In this document: in pieces, positions 14,231 through 26,219 of the stretch
Position numbering within the stretch: the first letter of the stretch is position 1
Layout: each line of letters opens with the position of its first letter
Source of the DNA: Bigelowiella natans CCMP2755
Lineage: Eukaryota; Protista; Cercozoa
Direction: 5' to 3'
Assembly (NCBI GenBank): GCA_000320545.1
Contig: ADNK01003372.1
Coordinates: 1 to 64,000, forward strand
DNA: 64,000 bases
Notes under the pieces: model-generated
What the model was told of the DNA's origin: nothing
The model's database searches: none
What the model saw: only the letters and a program-made list of their open reading frames with translations
Program-made: the position numbers and the translations under genes

Positions 14231-14990
14231 TGGACAATGCAGTGCAAAGAACAAGCTTCATTGCGTGTGTCGCACGGAGGTGCTGTGCGAGCAGTGCCTG
14301 CACACTGACAACTGACTTGGTTTCCCAAGTCTGGAAATGTGCTTGCGCGTGGCAGTGATCGCTGCCAAGGCTTGCAATCTGGCAAGTGTGCTGTTGCTCA
14401 ATGACAACAAAGTCCATGACTTGGTGTGACACGCGCGCGCTTTGCTGCTTGTGTCAGCCACGTGCTGCTAGCAGAACACCCAGACATGCAGAAAAGACGA
14501 TCGAGCTCATCATTGTGGCATGACAGTGCCGCTTCCGATGTTTTGCAAGCATCAACAACATCAATCGTCGCATTGTTGCTGCCTCCAAGCCTTCGCGGAC
14601 TCAAGAGCTTGTCATTTCATCAAAGCTTTGTTCGTTTGACGCTTCACAGCATCGCATCCATGGCAACATCAAACAGCCAGCGCCATTGCTTGTCACATTG
14701 CTGCCACACACACACTCTGCTCTGGAGAACCACATGGCGCCGCTAGCTTGTCCTCGCAGCGTCAATGTGACTCCAGAACCACACGCTAGCAGCCCACGAT
14801 GCATGCATTTTTTTTCAAGGCCGTCGAAGTGTAGAGAAGCAACGTTTGAGGCAGAGCCAACCGCACGCAGCAATCTTCCAAGATGTGTAACTCGCTCCTT
14901 TCTCATGTCACTTGCATTTAGTTGCTCGCCACATCTTGGTCGTGATTCACAAATGTGTGGCACTGCCGCATGACAAAAACAACATGCACA
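13671..14990. mobile_element. TpA-depleted degenerate element (probable mobile or foreign relic), island A
   Basis: From 13671 to 14830 all 7 TA dinucleotides seen are in CTAG. Many overlapping Tyr-free, Cys/His-rich pseudo-ORFs. No recognisable host gene. Confidence 0.55.
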
Positions 14991-15022
14991 AAATGATCAA
15001 ATGTGCACGGCTTGAAATCGGA

Positions 15023-16444
15023 TTATGAATTGTTAACTTTACTGTTTGCTTTGGACCAACTTTCAGGAAACGGTCTCATGTTGGTGTTGCCAACCATTAT
15101 GTCAATTGTTTTTCTTGTTCTCTCGAAGACATTCTCTTTTATGTATGGCACATTGTGCTTCTTACATATCTCTTCCACTTCCTTCTGACTCTTTTGATAT
15201 GAGAGCATTGACAGGTTTGGCCACAAGTGGTGCTCAACCTGGTAGTTGAGCCATCCATGTAGAAAATCTACCCTATCGTTCCCAAGATTGAAATTTGCGC
15301 TGGACAGAATTTGTCTGAGATAAAACTCGCCACTATTTGGGGGCGTGGAAGACGAAAATTTATACATGTCTTTTCCTGTATGATTAGGTACAATGGTGAT
15401 AAACGCGTGTACATTTGATAGAAGATCTGCCAAAAACAGGTTGATGACACCATGTAGGTAAATTGGAGCTCCGAAGATCGCGAGAGGGGCCGGTAAGAGT
15501 AAAAACCGGATCAGGAAGTAAGGACCGATAACATTTTGAATCACCTCCTTCCCACTTACAAAGCTGGGGTATGGGTCTTTCAAAGCCGTTGAAAGCATGA
15601 AGGGCTTGTTCGCCAAATCCTCTGGTATTTCTTTGCCCTGTTTTCTTAACTCGTGGAGTTTAAGTTCCTTATACGTGTTCGGTGCGTAATACGTCCACTT
15701 CCAACCCAAAACTGCCCCAAAAACATAGAGGTACTTGAAGGCTTTTGGCCAATTGTTCTGTCGAATATGCTCAAGGTTTCGCTCCACTAGGTCGGGATCG
15801 GTTTTCTCTCCGAGGTTGTAATGGTGAAGGTTATTGTGTTCAAGATTCCATGCTTCTGGCAACATCCAATCAAACCAATCAAAGACACGGCGCTGCAAAC
15901 TACCAATTGCGAATTTCCCTCTGTTGAATCTTCCTGAATCGTCTAATTTTGTGTAGCCACCGTGGCATGTGTGATGCGCGATCATTGTCCACCTGGAATA
16001 TGTCCAGAGGCTCAGCATCAGAATCGAGAAAGGGTTTGGTGCTAGTCCCATCGTCGCTAGACCAGCAATTCCGCATGCGTTGCTCCATCCAATAATCTTG
16101 TTTAAATGTTGCATATCCTCTGGCCCCTGTTGTTCCTCGAGTTTCTTCCCAAGAGAGCGAATGTCTTTTCTGAAAGCCTCAACGTCAAAATTATTAAGCC
16201 AGGCCTCATCACCGACATAGCGTTGTGGTGTTTCTTTTCTCGTATCAACTTCGTCTCTGACTTCACGCTGCGTGGTAGTGGGTGGTGGAGAGTATACTAC
16301 TCTTGGCTTCGTATTTAATGAACGCTTTCCGAAGAAATTTCGAGATCTAAGAGGACGCACGTTAGCCAACGGCGAAGTCTTCGACAAGGCGCCGCAGGAG
16401 ACTAGAGATACCAATGACATGAGTATCAGAGAAGTAGCGCTCAT
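15023..16444 (-). CDS. Membrane fatty acid desaturase (FA_desaturase family, no cytochrome b5 domain), with a predicted bipartite plastid-targeting leader; intronless
   Basis: Uninterrupted ORF with His boxes HHTCH, HNNLHH and QVEHH. The N-terminus MSATSLILMSLVSLVSCGA is signal-peptide-like and is followed by an S/R/K-rich transit-like stretch. ATG at 16444. Confidence 0.9.
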   Translation of the reverse strand: MSATSLILMSLVSLVSCGALSKTSPLANVRPLRSRNFFGKRSLNTKPRVVYSPPPTTTQREVRDEVDTRKETPQRYVGDEAWLNNFDVEAFRKDIRSLGKKLEEQQGPEDMQHLNKIIGWSNACGIAGLATMGLAPNPFSILMLSLWTYSRWTMIAHHTCHGGYTKLDDSGRFNRGKFAIGSLQRRVFDWFDWMLPEAWNLEHNNLHHYNLGEKTDPDLVERNLEHIRQNNWPKAFKYLYVFGAVLGWKWTYYAPNTYKELKLHELRKQGKEIPEDLANKPFMLSTALKDPYPSFVSGKEVIQNVIGPYFLIRFLLLPAPLAIFGAPIYLHGVINLFLADLLSNVHAFITIVPNHTGKDMYKFSSSTPPNSGEFYLRQILSSANFNLGNDRVDFLHGWLNYQVEHHLWPNLSMLSYQKSQKEVEEICKKHNVPYIKENVFERTRKTIDIMVGNTNMRPFPESWSKANSKVNNS

Positions 16445-16962
16445 CTTGATTGGCGGTTGAGAGTCACTCTGAAGTATCACGAAGCAGCAATAGTAAAAGC
16501 ATGGTCTTATAGGTGTTGCATGTAAGCTGGAACAGTAATTAGACGAGGTCCTTTGTTTGTTACAATGACTGGAAAGGAATGTAACATTGGGTGTTGAGTT
16601 AATGACCTTATGTTCGTTACTTGCTTCGTTGATGTGAGCCCGATGATAGTTTTCTACTTTTGGCCGTGATTAAGTTCAGATCCGGATTGCTCGCGTTCAG
16701 ACGACGAGGACGGCAACTTTCTTCTCGTGCAATTTGCACCAGAAGATAAAAGAGTGTCCGTAGTTGGCCATAGCCAGGTGACGTATCCCCCAAAATACAG
16801 GGGGTTTTAATTGCTGCGCCATAGTCTTATTTCCGGGGTACGATGTCGCTTGCTGAGACGCTGATGAAATTACTTCATCTCAGTTTGGAAAAATCGGAAA
16901 TAGTTAAGTCGCATCCTTGGCTTCCCAACTCTAGGAACCCAACCACTCCTCGTTGTAAAAGC

Positions 16963-17512
16963 TATTCTGTTCGCGTCCTTGACTTCACAGCTATGTTTTT
17001 TCACCGAATTTTCGCAGTGGATGTAGTCTCATAACGGTCATTGCGAAAGTCAAAAAATCTTGAACAAATATCATGAATTTCCATGGATTTCTTGGCTCAT
17101 AGAACTAACATTTTTTTTTTTTTTTTGAAGGTGTCATCCTCGACTGCCCATATTGGTGAAGAAATATTAGGGCCTCAACCTGATGCGTGGAGAGATATCC
17201 TACACAGGTTCAAGACAACTTCATAACAACAACAATAACATGACAACAACAACAACAACAACAATGACCTCTGCTATCCAAAATTGTTCCACTGTTAGTA
17301 GATCTAGTAAAAAAATTATGATATTTCATCGAAAATCTACTTGGTAACTAAGAATAACTAAAACTAGAATAACTAAAAATTTTGCTATGTTCTGCCATAC
17401 AATTTTTGACTTTCGCAATGTCCGTTATGAGACAACATCCACTATGAAAATCACTTCGGTGTAACAACATAGCTGGGAAGTCAAGGGCGCGAACAGAATA
17501 ACTAACTAACTA
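16963..17512. repeat. Inverted pair of a ~100-125 bp dispersed repeat (16963-17058 on +, 17376-17500 on -), MITE/TIR-like
   Basis: tattctgttcgcg(t/c)ccttgacttc(a/c)cagctatg...ttgcgaaagtcaaaaa is present on opposite strands. The right copy abuts (TAAC)n. Confidence 0.8.
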
Positions 17513-18437
17513 CATGGCAAGGATGCAACTCCTGACAATCATGAACCTGGCAACATGCACATTGTTTCTTTCTTGATGAGTTCCTCATAGGAAGGGTAGA
17601 ATCAATCTGACCTCGCATTCCCTTTTTTAAGTCATTGTCGTAATTTGAGAATAGCATGTATTTGTGCATTCGGAGGTTTGAATGATATATTCTCCGTTTC
17701 AGGTAATATGACAGCAAGAAATTTCCCACTGTTAGCAACAAAGAAGGCTCAATATTTATTCCATTTCTTCTGACCAGCTAAAAACCCGCACCACGTGCTT
17801 CTACGGTAGGCAGGTAAAGCAGTTTAAGATCCCCTTTAGCTTAACGACATGATATTTTTGAAGTCGTCACAGTAATATCCCCACCATTCTTGCCAATGCA
17901 GCAAGTTTTACCAACTTCCATCTGAGAATAAGACAAGAAAGACGAAGGCGCGAAGTGAAAAAGAACATAACACAAGCCATCCACCACAACCCAAAAGGAA
18001 TACACATACATCTACTAGAATAGAAGCTAAGAAGAAGAGAAATTATTGACGATGCCAAAGAAAGGAAAGAAAATGTTACTGAGCGATTTCAATGGCCCAG
18101 AGGCTAACCAGTCCTTCCTTCCAACAGGCCCATCAGGGTAGCTATTCCTTCCTCTTGTTGGCACATGATTCGCCATATCAATAAAAGAATTCGACGTGTA
18201 GAACTTCCTAATGATTATTTTGTTGCAACGGATTGCCAAATGGAGACCATTTCTGAGCTTTGACACACAGACACACACTCACTAACACGCATATGCACAC
18301 ACACACACACACAAACACACACCACACACACACACACGCGTGCGCGCGCGCATATGGGGATATACATTTTTTATATACCGTACCTGGTCATTGCACATAT
18401 ATGAAGAGTCTTCGATTCGATCATTTCGAGGAACAAG

Positions 18438-18702
18438 ATGAACACCTCTACTACTTTGAGGCAGGCCTAACTTCCCTTCCTCTTACTCTCTTACTCACTG
18501 TGTAGGCTAGATCGTTTCTCCAGAGGTGACCGCTTCGGTGATCATCGAGGAGGATCAAGTCGTTTCGGTGATGATGAAGGACGCTCAGAAGGAAATTGGA
18601 GAGGCAGTAGCAGAGGCAGCCGTTTCGGTAGTACCAGTAGGGCCAGAATGAATCCCCCCCTCCCTCCCTCCTGTGCGTATCTTTCTTTCTCTCCATGCGC
18701 GC

Positions 18703-18753
<51 letters not shown>

Positions 18754-21140
18754 GTGTGTGCTATTACATTTTGCTGGAATATTGTTGGTAACAAGCTTTA
18801 TCCTATTGAGATACTTCCAATATTCAAATGGAACAGGAGGAGGTGGAAGCAACAGAGATGATGACGGTAATTACCGAAATATTTTGTTTTTATCTATACT
18901 TTAAAAACTTGATAGAAGAAAAGGTGGGTTGTTTTACATGCTTGATAGGGCAGAGAATGATGATACCATGTGCTTCATGATGCTTGAAACTTAATATTAA
19001 TCTTTTGGGATGATGTTTCGTAGTTGGGGAACCGACTTATTCAACCAACCATCCAAAAGTGCACATACGTAGCGCAATAATTTTTTACACTGCTGTCGTG
19101 CTTGTTTCATTGACACTACCACCGCTACTACTACTACTACTGCTACTTCTGACCTGTGTAACTATTGGTTTGTCGATGGTGTTGCAGGTGGGGACATGGG
19201 ACGTTCTGACCGTGGACAGTGGAGACGAGGAGGAGGTGATAATAAGATATATCGAGGGAGAGATGGAACAAAGAGGGTGATTTATCGTCAAGGGCACATC
19301 CGAAAGTGCATAGACTAAAGGGGTGAACATGTCCTTATGTGGTAGTCTCGTAGTTAGCCGGGTATTCTCCATTTCTTCAGGAAGTACGAGAGATGAAGCG
19401 AGGATGATTTTTTGTCAGTCAAGTACAATAATTTTGAAGGGATATAGATCTAGGAAGTAATTTTGTCCTTATGTACTCCTAGTTTTCTGTGGCATTTTAC
19501 ATTTAATTGGGCATTCCTTTTGAAGTTTGGATTAGATATCTTCCTATCTCTTCCACGCACATTGTTTACTTCACTCTCTTCTCTCACATCACACAGAAAG
19601 AAAAGGAGGTTTCGGCAGCGATCGTTATGGTGGTGGTGGATACGGTGGAGGAGACAGAGACAGAAGAGGATATGGAGATCGTGGTGAACGCGACACAGGA
19701 GGAGGATTCAGACGTAGTGGTGGTAGCAGATTCGGGAATGATGATGGTGGATTCTCTAGGGATAGATTTGGCAGAGGAGGAGGAGGAGGAGGAGGAGGAG
19801 GATATTCGTCTTCTCGATTCGGGGGCGATAGAGATCGGGGAGATTCTTCGTATTCCTCCTCAAGATGGGGCGGTGGGCGATCTTCATATCGAGATGAACG
19901 TCCTGCTCACCTGAGAAGGTTCAGGAAACAGACGGATGAGCAGTCAGACTCACTACAAAATCGAAACACATTCGGGGCGCTCGGATCTCAAGATGTCCGG
20001 ACGAACGACATTAACTCGCTTGGACGAGCCCCTGTCAGAGGCGCTCCTATTTCGTCGTCTTCGGAGCAAGTGAAAGGGAAGGAGGGGCAGTCCGAGGATG
20101 GCTCTCGTCGTCAAGGTGGTTCAGCTGGAAAGGGAGCAGGCAGCACCCCTTCAAAGGGGCAAGGTCCTCAAGTAGCGAATAAAAAGAAAACGGCCTTCGA
20201 ACAGGCTTTGGAGGACGGGGAAACACTAAGTAACAAACAGCTTAAAAATGGTCTCAAGAAGCTGGATCTTAATGACGCGGATACAGAAGCAAAGCTTTCG
20301 ATTTCCCTTGCTAAATCCCTCAAGGAAAAAAAGCTTTCCCTATCACAAGTGCAAGAGAACCTCCTTAAGGTGGCCGACTCGGAGGGCATTGCAATCCGCG
20401 TATTGGCTAACACTCTCTCAAAGCTCAAGGGGATTGAGGGAAACGACGACGACGACGAGCAAAAAGGCGAGGAGGTAGTCTCGGGGCTCCTGGAAGAAGA
20501 GAAGTTCACAGTAGAGCAGCTTCTGAAAGGGAAAAAAACAGGTGCTGAGTTCAATGAATTTTTGAAGAAGGTCGGCCTTGAATTTCTGAAAGGAGGCGCT
20601 GATAGTGGAAGCTTGATCGAGGCAGCACTTGAAGAAGATCAGAAACCAGAAGAGATATTGGACGCCATCAATAGTGTCGTGGGAGAGGACGAGGATGTGT
20701 CTGCTCACACAAGGATTGTTGCGAATTATGTCGCGAAAAAGGTGATTAGTAGTAACGTGAAGCTACTGGATCAGTACCATCCTCTACTCGCACGCTGTAT
20801 CAAAGGCAATCCAATGGCGGCTGTGCAAATCTGTTTTGCTTTGCAAGGTGAGTGGTTCGCACAGAAGCCTAAGGAGAAACAATTGATTATCACTGCTTTC
20901 AAGAAGATTCACGAATTGAAACTCTGCGATCACGAGGAATTCTACGCATGGCAAACGGACCGAAAGGAAAAGACCAAAGGCAAACAGAAGGCGCTATTAG
21001 CCGTTTTCAAGTTCCTCTCCGAAGTTAAGGCAAAAAACAAGCCAATTGAGGATTTTGACGAGGATGAGGATGAGGACCAAAATGAAGATCAAGATGAGGA
21101 TGAATTTGATGCTGATGCACAGCCACATTTCATCAAATAA
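18438..21140 (+). CDS. RGG/RG-rich protein with a C-terminal W2 (eIF4G/eIF5/eIF2B-epsilon type) domain and acidic tail
   Basis: Spliced RGG/FG/DR-rich exons lead into a long exon from about 19596 to 21140 ending FKKIHELKLCDHEEFYAWQTDRKEKTKGKQKALLAVFKFLSEV...DEDEDED, like the AA-boxes of the eIF4G W2 domain. The start is uncertain (possible GC-AG first intron). Confidence 0.7.
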
Positions 21141-23128
21141 GTACTAAATAGATAAATCGATTTATCGATTAATATCTATTGTGAAGAAATTAGGAGTTGT
21201 TTGGATGGTGTGCTAGATTGCTGCTACTCATACTATCCCGTCGATGACGCACCAATTGCGATTTAGTGTTAGCGATAAAACGAAGATGAGAGATCCAACA
21301 TTCAGATTGGAGTTGAGAGCCGGTGGGAATAAATCTCAAGAACTTCTAATAATATTTTTGGGCTAAAAGAAAAGCGCGTTTGTATTGTTGACGCGGTGCA
21401 TCATGCAATGTTTCTAACAACACAATGAATGCCGTCATTAGATGTGCGCATCATCAAAATAACTTCGTTTTTTTAATTCCTATCAACGCCACGTTGCAGT
21501 GTATACGACGCGCACACGCTAGACAACGCGCAGTATGCTGTGTCAAATTATCTTGTTGTGGACTATAGTGAACATATAAACACAATGCGGCCGTTTCATG
21601 CGAATCGGACTAGCGGATGCATCGTTTGAGGCGCTGCCACATGTCGCATCATTGTTACGCAATACAATCTGTAGCAATGCTAGAATGCCTGCGTTGCACA
21701 TACACCAGTCTAGCAGTGTGCATACACAGGCCGATCAATAAGTTGCATTAATCTATTCAAACAATTGGAGAATGTAGCATAGCAGCAGCGTGCGATGCGA
21801 ATGACAAAAACTAACCTAGGCTGCACTAGTAATGTGATGTAGCTACACATGGATGCGTGCAGCACGATGTACGTACAAGATGTGATGTGAATGCTATGCA
21901 TGCTAAACGTACTTTATGCATACATCGTACGCATATCTATAGTCTAGTAGATACGATACGTACTGTGTAGGCATTTATTTGTGAGGACAATCGCACGTGT
22001 CGTACAAAGCATGTACATATGTGACACACGTCACGTGTGTACACAGTTCGTGAATGCGTGCAGAGTTACCAGATTGACTTGCAGATGTAGTCGACCTAGC
22101 TAGCCGACAACAAGCAATGATGATTGTGACATGATGCTAGCGCCGCTAGCTACGATGCTTGGATGCGCCGCCAGCATGCAAGACATGCATCACGTACAGT
22201 TCACCCCCGCCATGCGCCACGCATGCAATGCACTAGTCTGTAGTGCGTTCGCGTATGACATGATGCATATACATGTGTGACTGCTCTATAAGCGAATCAT
22301 CTTCGTGCCCACACTGATTATATTTGCAGCATTTGATATGCTAGTTACATGTGTAAGCTGGAATGCAAAGGCTTGGTCCGCATGTTACTGATGACGACAT
22401 CGATCTAGCGATCTAAGAATCTACTACTGAACTCGTGTGTCAATCCAACTCATATACTTATCTTCCCCTGCGCGTAATGCAAAGGAAATAATATCCTATG
22501 CACTTCATTGTATTTCCTCCATTGATTGATGAAAAATTCTAGTGTGCTGTACATTTGTCGTTGTTTGCCTGTAGTCAAGATTTTTGATCGAGTCTGACAG
22601 GTCTATGGTTAAAGATAGCAAAGTTTTTCCTATAGCTGAGAGAATCAAAGGTTTTCTTAGCGGAGTATGGAGCGGCTTTGTTGGTCATAAAATTTCCCGC
22701 TCTTGTAACAACGGCAATAATGCAAAGACTCATCCCAAGAAGGCACTCCAAGATAATCTGAGTGAATAATGGATTATCAGCGAGTTCAAGAAGAAATCTA
22801 CGAGATAAATTACATCTAGGGGGGGAGATTCTCTGCTTTCGGTCGCCATTGCAAATTCTTTGACTGAAAAACACAGCAGAAGGGATATTTAGTTTACCCA
22901 CTCCTCGATTTTTTCGAAGGCTTCAAAGCCTCCTTATGCGTACAATAAATTCCATATGGAATCCGAACCTCAGCCTTATGAAATAAAAGAAATGTTTCAT
23001 GAACATACAGTGCTGCATGGAAACGAGGGAGTGGATCATGAGAACAGCGCCAATGCCAGCCTGGAAGGTATCCATTGAAGGCATGATCCTGTTGCGTAGA
23101 AGGTGCGTCGTTGCCTGGTCGGCTGTGG

Positions 23129-23169
<41 letters not shown>

Positions 23170-23310
23170 AGTTAGTTAGTTAGTTATTCTGTTCGCGCCC
23201 TTGACTTCCCAGCTATGTTGTTACACCGAAGTGATTTTCATAGTGGATGTTGTCTCATAACGGACATTGCGAAAGTCAAAAATTGTATGGCAGAACATAG
23301 CAAAAATTTT
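23170..23310 (+). repeat. Third copy of the dispersed repeat, preceded by (GTT)n(GTTA)n
   Basis: Near-identical reverse complement of 17376-17512. Confidence 0.9.
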
Positions 23311-23453
23311 GACTTGTTGTTAATAAACTTTTTTCTTTTTACTTTTAGGTTTGAGGCGTCTATTTTTTAGGTTTGAAGACCGATTTAGGCCTACGAACTA
23401 ATAAGTATTTAATAATAATAACACTTATTATTATGTGTCATCGCAACACTAGT

Positions 23454-23486
<33 letters not shown>

Positions 23487-23535
23487 ATCTCACTAGGAAC
23501 CTCCACCATTATTCTTCAAACACATTCTTCAAACA

Positions 23536-24380
23536 ATGACCATTTGCAGAACCTTTGCCACTCTCTTCTTCTCTCTCTTCGTATCTCCAGCTGCATCGTC
23601 CTCCTCACCATTCGGCGGCCCAAAACATTGGGGAATGCCTCGCTTTAGAGGGAAGCGCGTGATGGTTACTGGGGGGGACTCGGGCATAGGATTGGCAGCT
23701 GTGCATGCTTTCTACCAGGAGTGCGCTAATGTAATGATGGTTGGCCATAACGAAACCAAGACTATGTTAGCGGCCCAGAATGTTACATCATATACTCCTT
23801 CGAAACAATTCTGCCCGGAGCCCCCTCAGCTGCATTGGATCGCGGCGAACACAGCCAACCGCACAGAGTCATCCTTTGTAGTGTCGGAAACCGTGAAGAT
23901 ATTTGGGGGGCTTGATATTGCCGTAAACAATGCTGGAGTTGCAGGAGTAAGTACTGCAGAAATTGGGGATGCCGCCTTTCTCGACCACTTTGATAAATCA
24001 CTCGAGATGTCCGTAAATGTTTATGGCACTCTGAACTGCATGAACGCACAGCTACAAGTTTTCAATAAGTCAGGAAACGGTGGAGTCATGGTCAACGTAG
24101 CCTCAATCTGCGGCGAGTCTGCTGTCTGTGGGGCTGCATACACAACCTCCAAATTTGCAGAGATTGGATTTAGCAAACAGGCCGCGCTCACTTACGCGGG
24201 CAGTGGTATTCGAATTAACATCCTAGCCCCGGGTCCTGTCGATACCCCGATGATGCGAGATGGAAGGCCTGAGGTAGTAGGTCACTTGTTTTCATCTCTG
24301 CTGCTGCAAGAGTAGTCTATGTTACTTCCAACAGGGGGGGGGAAATCTCTATTTTCAAGTGAGTACGTATATAATACCGT

Positions 24381-24414
<34 letters not shown>

Positions 24415-24662
24415 GACGTCATAGGACGATCCAAGTTGGCAAAAGGATAAGAAGAAAGTCGAGGCTAAAGTACCAATGGGGCGTATCGCGGACCCTTGGG
24501 AGATGGCTGGTCCCATTCTCTTCCTCTCTAGCGACGAATCGTCATTCATGACTGGTTCTATTACACTCCATCATTTTTTTGAGTGTGGTATAATAACCGA
24601 TCATGATGTTGATGTTATCAGGATCTGTCGTCACAGCTGATGGGGGATATTTGCTACGCTAG
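23536..24662 (+). CDS. Short-chain dehydrogenase/reductase (classical SDR) with an N-terminal signal-like peptide, 3 exons
   Basis: Motifs TGGDSGIG, NNAG, YTTSK (YxxxK), APGPVDT, then PMGRIADPWE and VTADGG. Introns at about 24274-24424 and 24555-24621. Confidence 0.9.
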
Positions 24663-26163
24663 TAAGACGTGAAGCTGTGCTTCTTCAACAAGGATAATGC
24701 TAACATTGGCATTCATAGTATTTTTCTAGAGAGTTTTTTTAGTGTAGTTGCTTCGAAGAAGTCAATCACTAATCGATTTTCATTCGTGTGACATGTTTGT
24801 TGCCAAATTGTGCTACAATATTGCAAATCATGTTACGTAGTATCCGATAGAAACGGGATACCACGGTTTCGCTGCTGTGTTGATTGAATTTCATGCGACG
24901 ATATTACATTCAATCCGACCCGTCGTTCGCTGTTAAAGCCCAATCTAGCAATGCATGTGTCAAGCTAAGTTGAACGCAATATTATGCCGACGACTGAGTA
25001 GCTCAACTAGACAAAGTACGCGGTCTCTTCTCACAGCGATCGCCAATGACGTTTGATTGTACTGATCTATGGTAGAGAAAGAGACATCTGGTGTAAACCC
25101 CAAACGCACATACATGCATGTTGTGTATCGTAGCTACGCTAGCAGTACGTACGCATTGAGACGCTATGGCCACACAGTGACAGAACACGTATATGATTCA
25201 ATTCGCTCATTGGCTTGGCATGTGTTTTGCAAATATGAATTGTTGTTGATGTCATAGTATGTGTAATATAACAAAGGCGAGTGTACACATGTCGCCCCGC
25301 TTAACCGTGCTTACATCTGCTATAGATACCTAGACATGTCTGATCGTCAGCAGTGGCACTAGCTCGCCATTGCACTTTTTTGCGCGTATCGAGCGCTAGA
25401 GCGCATTGCATGCACCCATATAATACGTCATCTAGACGTGCAAACAAAGCTGCACACCCTTCACTTTTGCATGATCTTGCTTTATTGCATTGGCTGGTGT
25501 ATCGATTAAAGAAAAGCACAACTCTTACACTCAAATCAACAGAAGTAGAAATTGTGACACTGACCGATGTGGGATATATAACAAATAAAAAACTTTTGTA
25601 TAGAACATGACAATATATTGCTAAACCATCTCCATCTCATCTTATGAAACTTACGTGTCGCTGGATGGTGGTACGGCAGATTGGACACTTAGCGGTGACC
25701 ATTTTAAGTAAACATTCCCTGCACGTGCACATGTGTCTGCAAGGAAGAAGTATTGTATCTCTAGGTTCTGAAAGACAGACTAAACATTCACCCCCTTCAT
25801 CTTCACCAAAGATTTCCTAATCAAGTATAAAATATACCACATAAGGCGTAGTAAAAATAATATCATGTGGTATGAAAAATGGAATATGATAAAGGCAGCA
25901 GCATGGCTGTGACTTGTTGTTTTAATACCCGAATGTGTACTGGTTGCTTCCCTGTCGCAATTGCACATTGCATGTCTGTTTGAATCCCAACCAGCTTCGA
26001 TATTACTCGCTCATTTTCACTTGATTTCATACTGAATCTAATGATAGTGATTTCGTCTCCAACGTTCGCTTTGTATTGTAAATACAAAATCAGCTTCACA
26101 CTTCAAGAACGTCACTAGTATTTTTTAGCTGAATACCATTAATTTAACATCATGTAATATATT

Positions 26164-26207
<44 letters not shown>

Positions 26208-26219
26208 ATATATAGTGTC

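Noticed and set aside
17376-17500. Hammerhead ribozyme or tRNA-derived SINE in the dispersed repeat
   Set aside because: CGAAA is present but there is no CTGANGA core, and no convincing A/B boxes or cloverleaf.
17513-18260. LINE 3' end with a Cys-rich knuckle (CACCQVHDCQELHPC), and similar DNA at 22560-23130
   Set aside because: No RT or endonuclease motifs were recognisable and the Cys/His spacing is non-canonical; too weak to call.
18695-18752. (GC)n(GT)n Z-DNA tract as a special element
   Set aside because: One of many intronic microsatellites, with no evidence of specific function.
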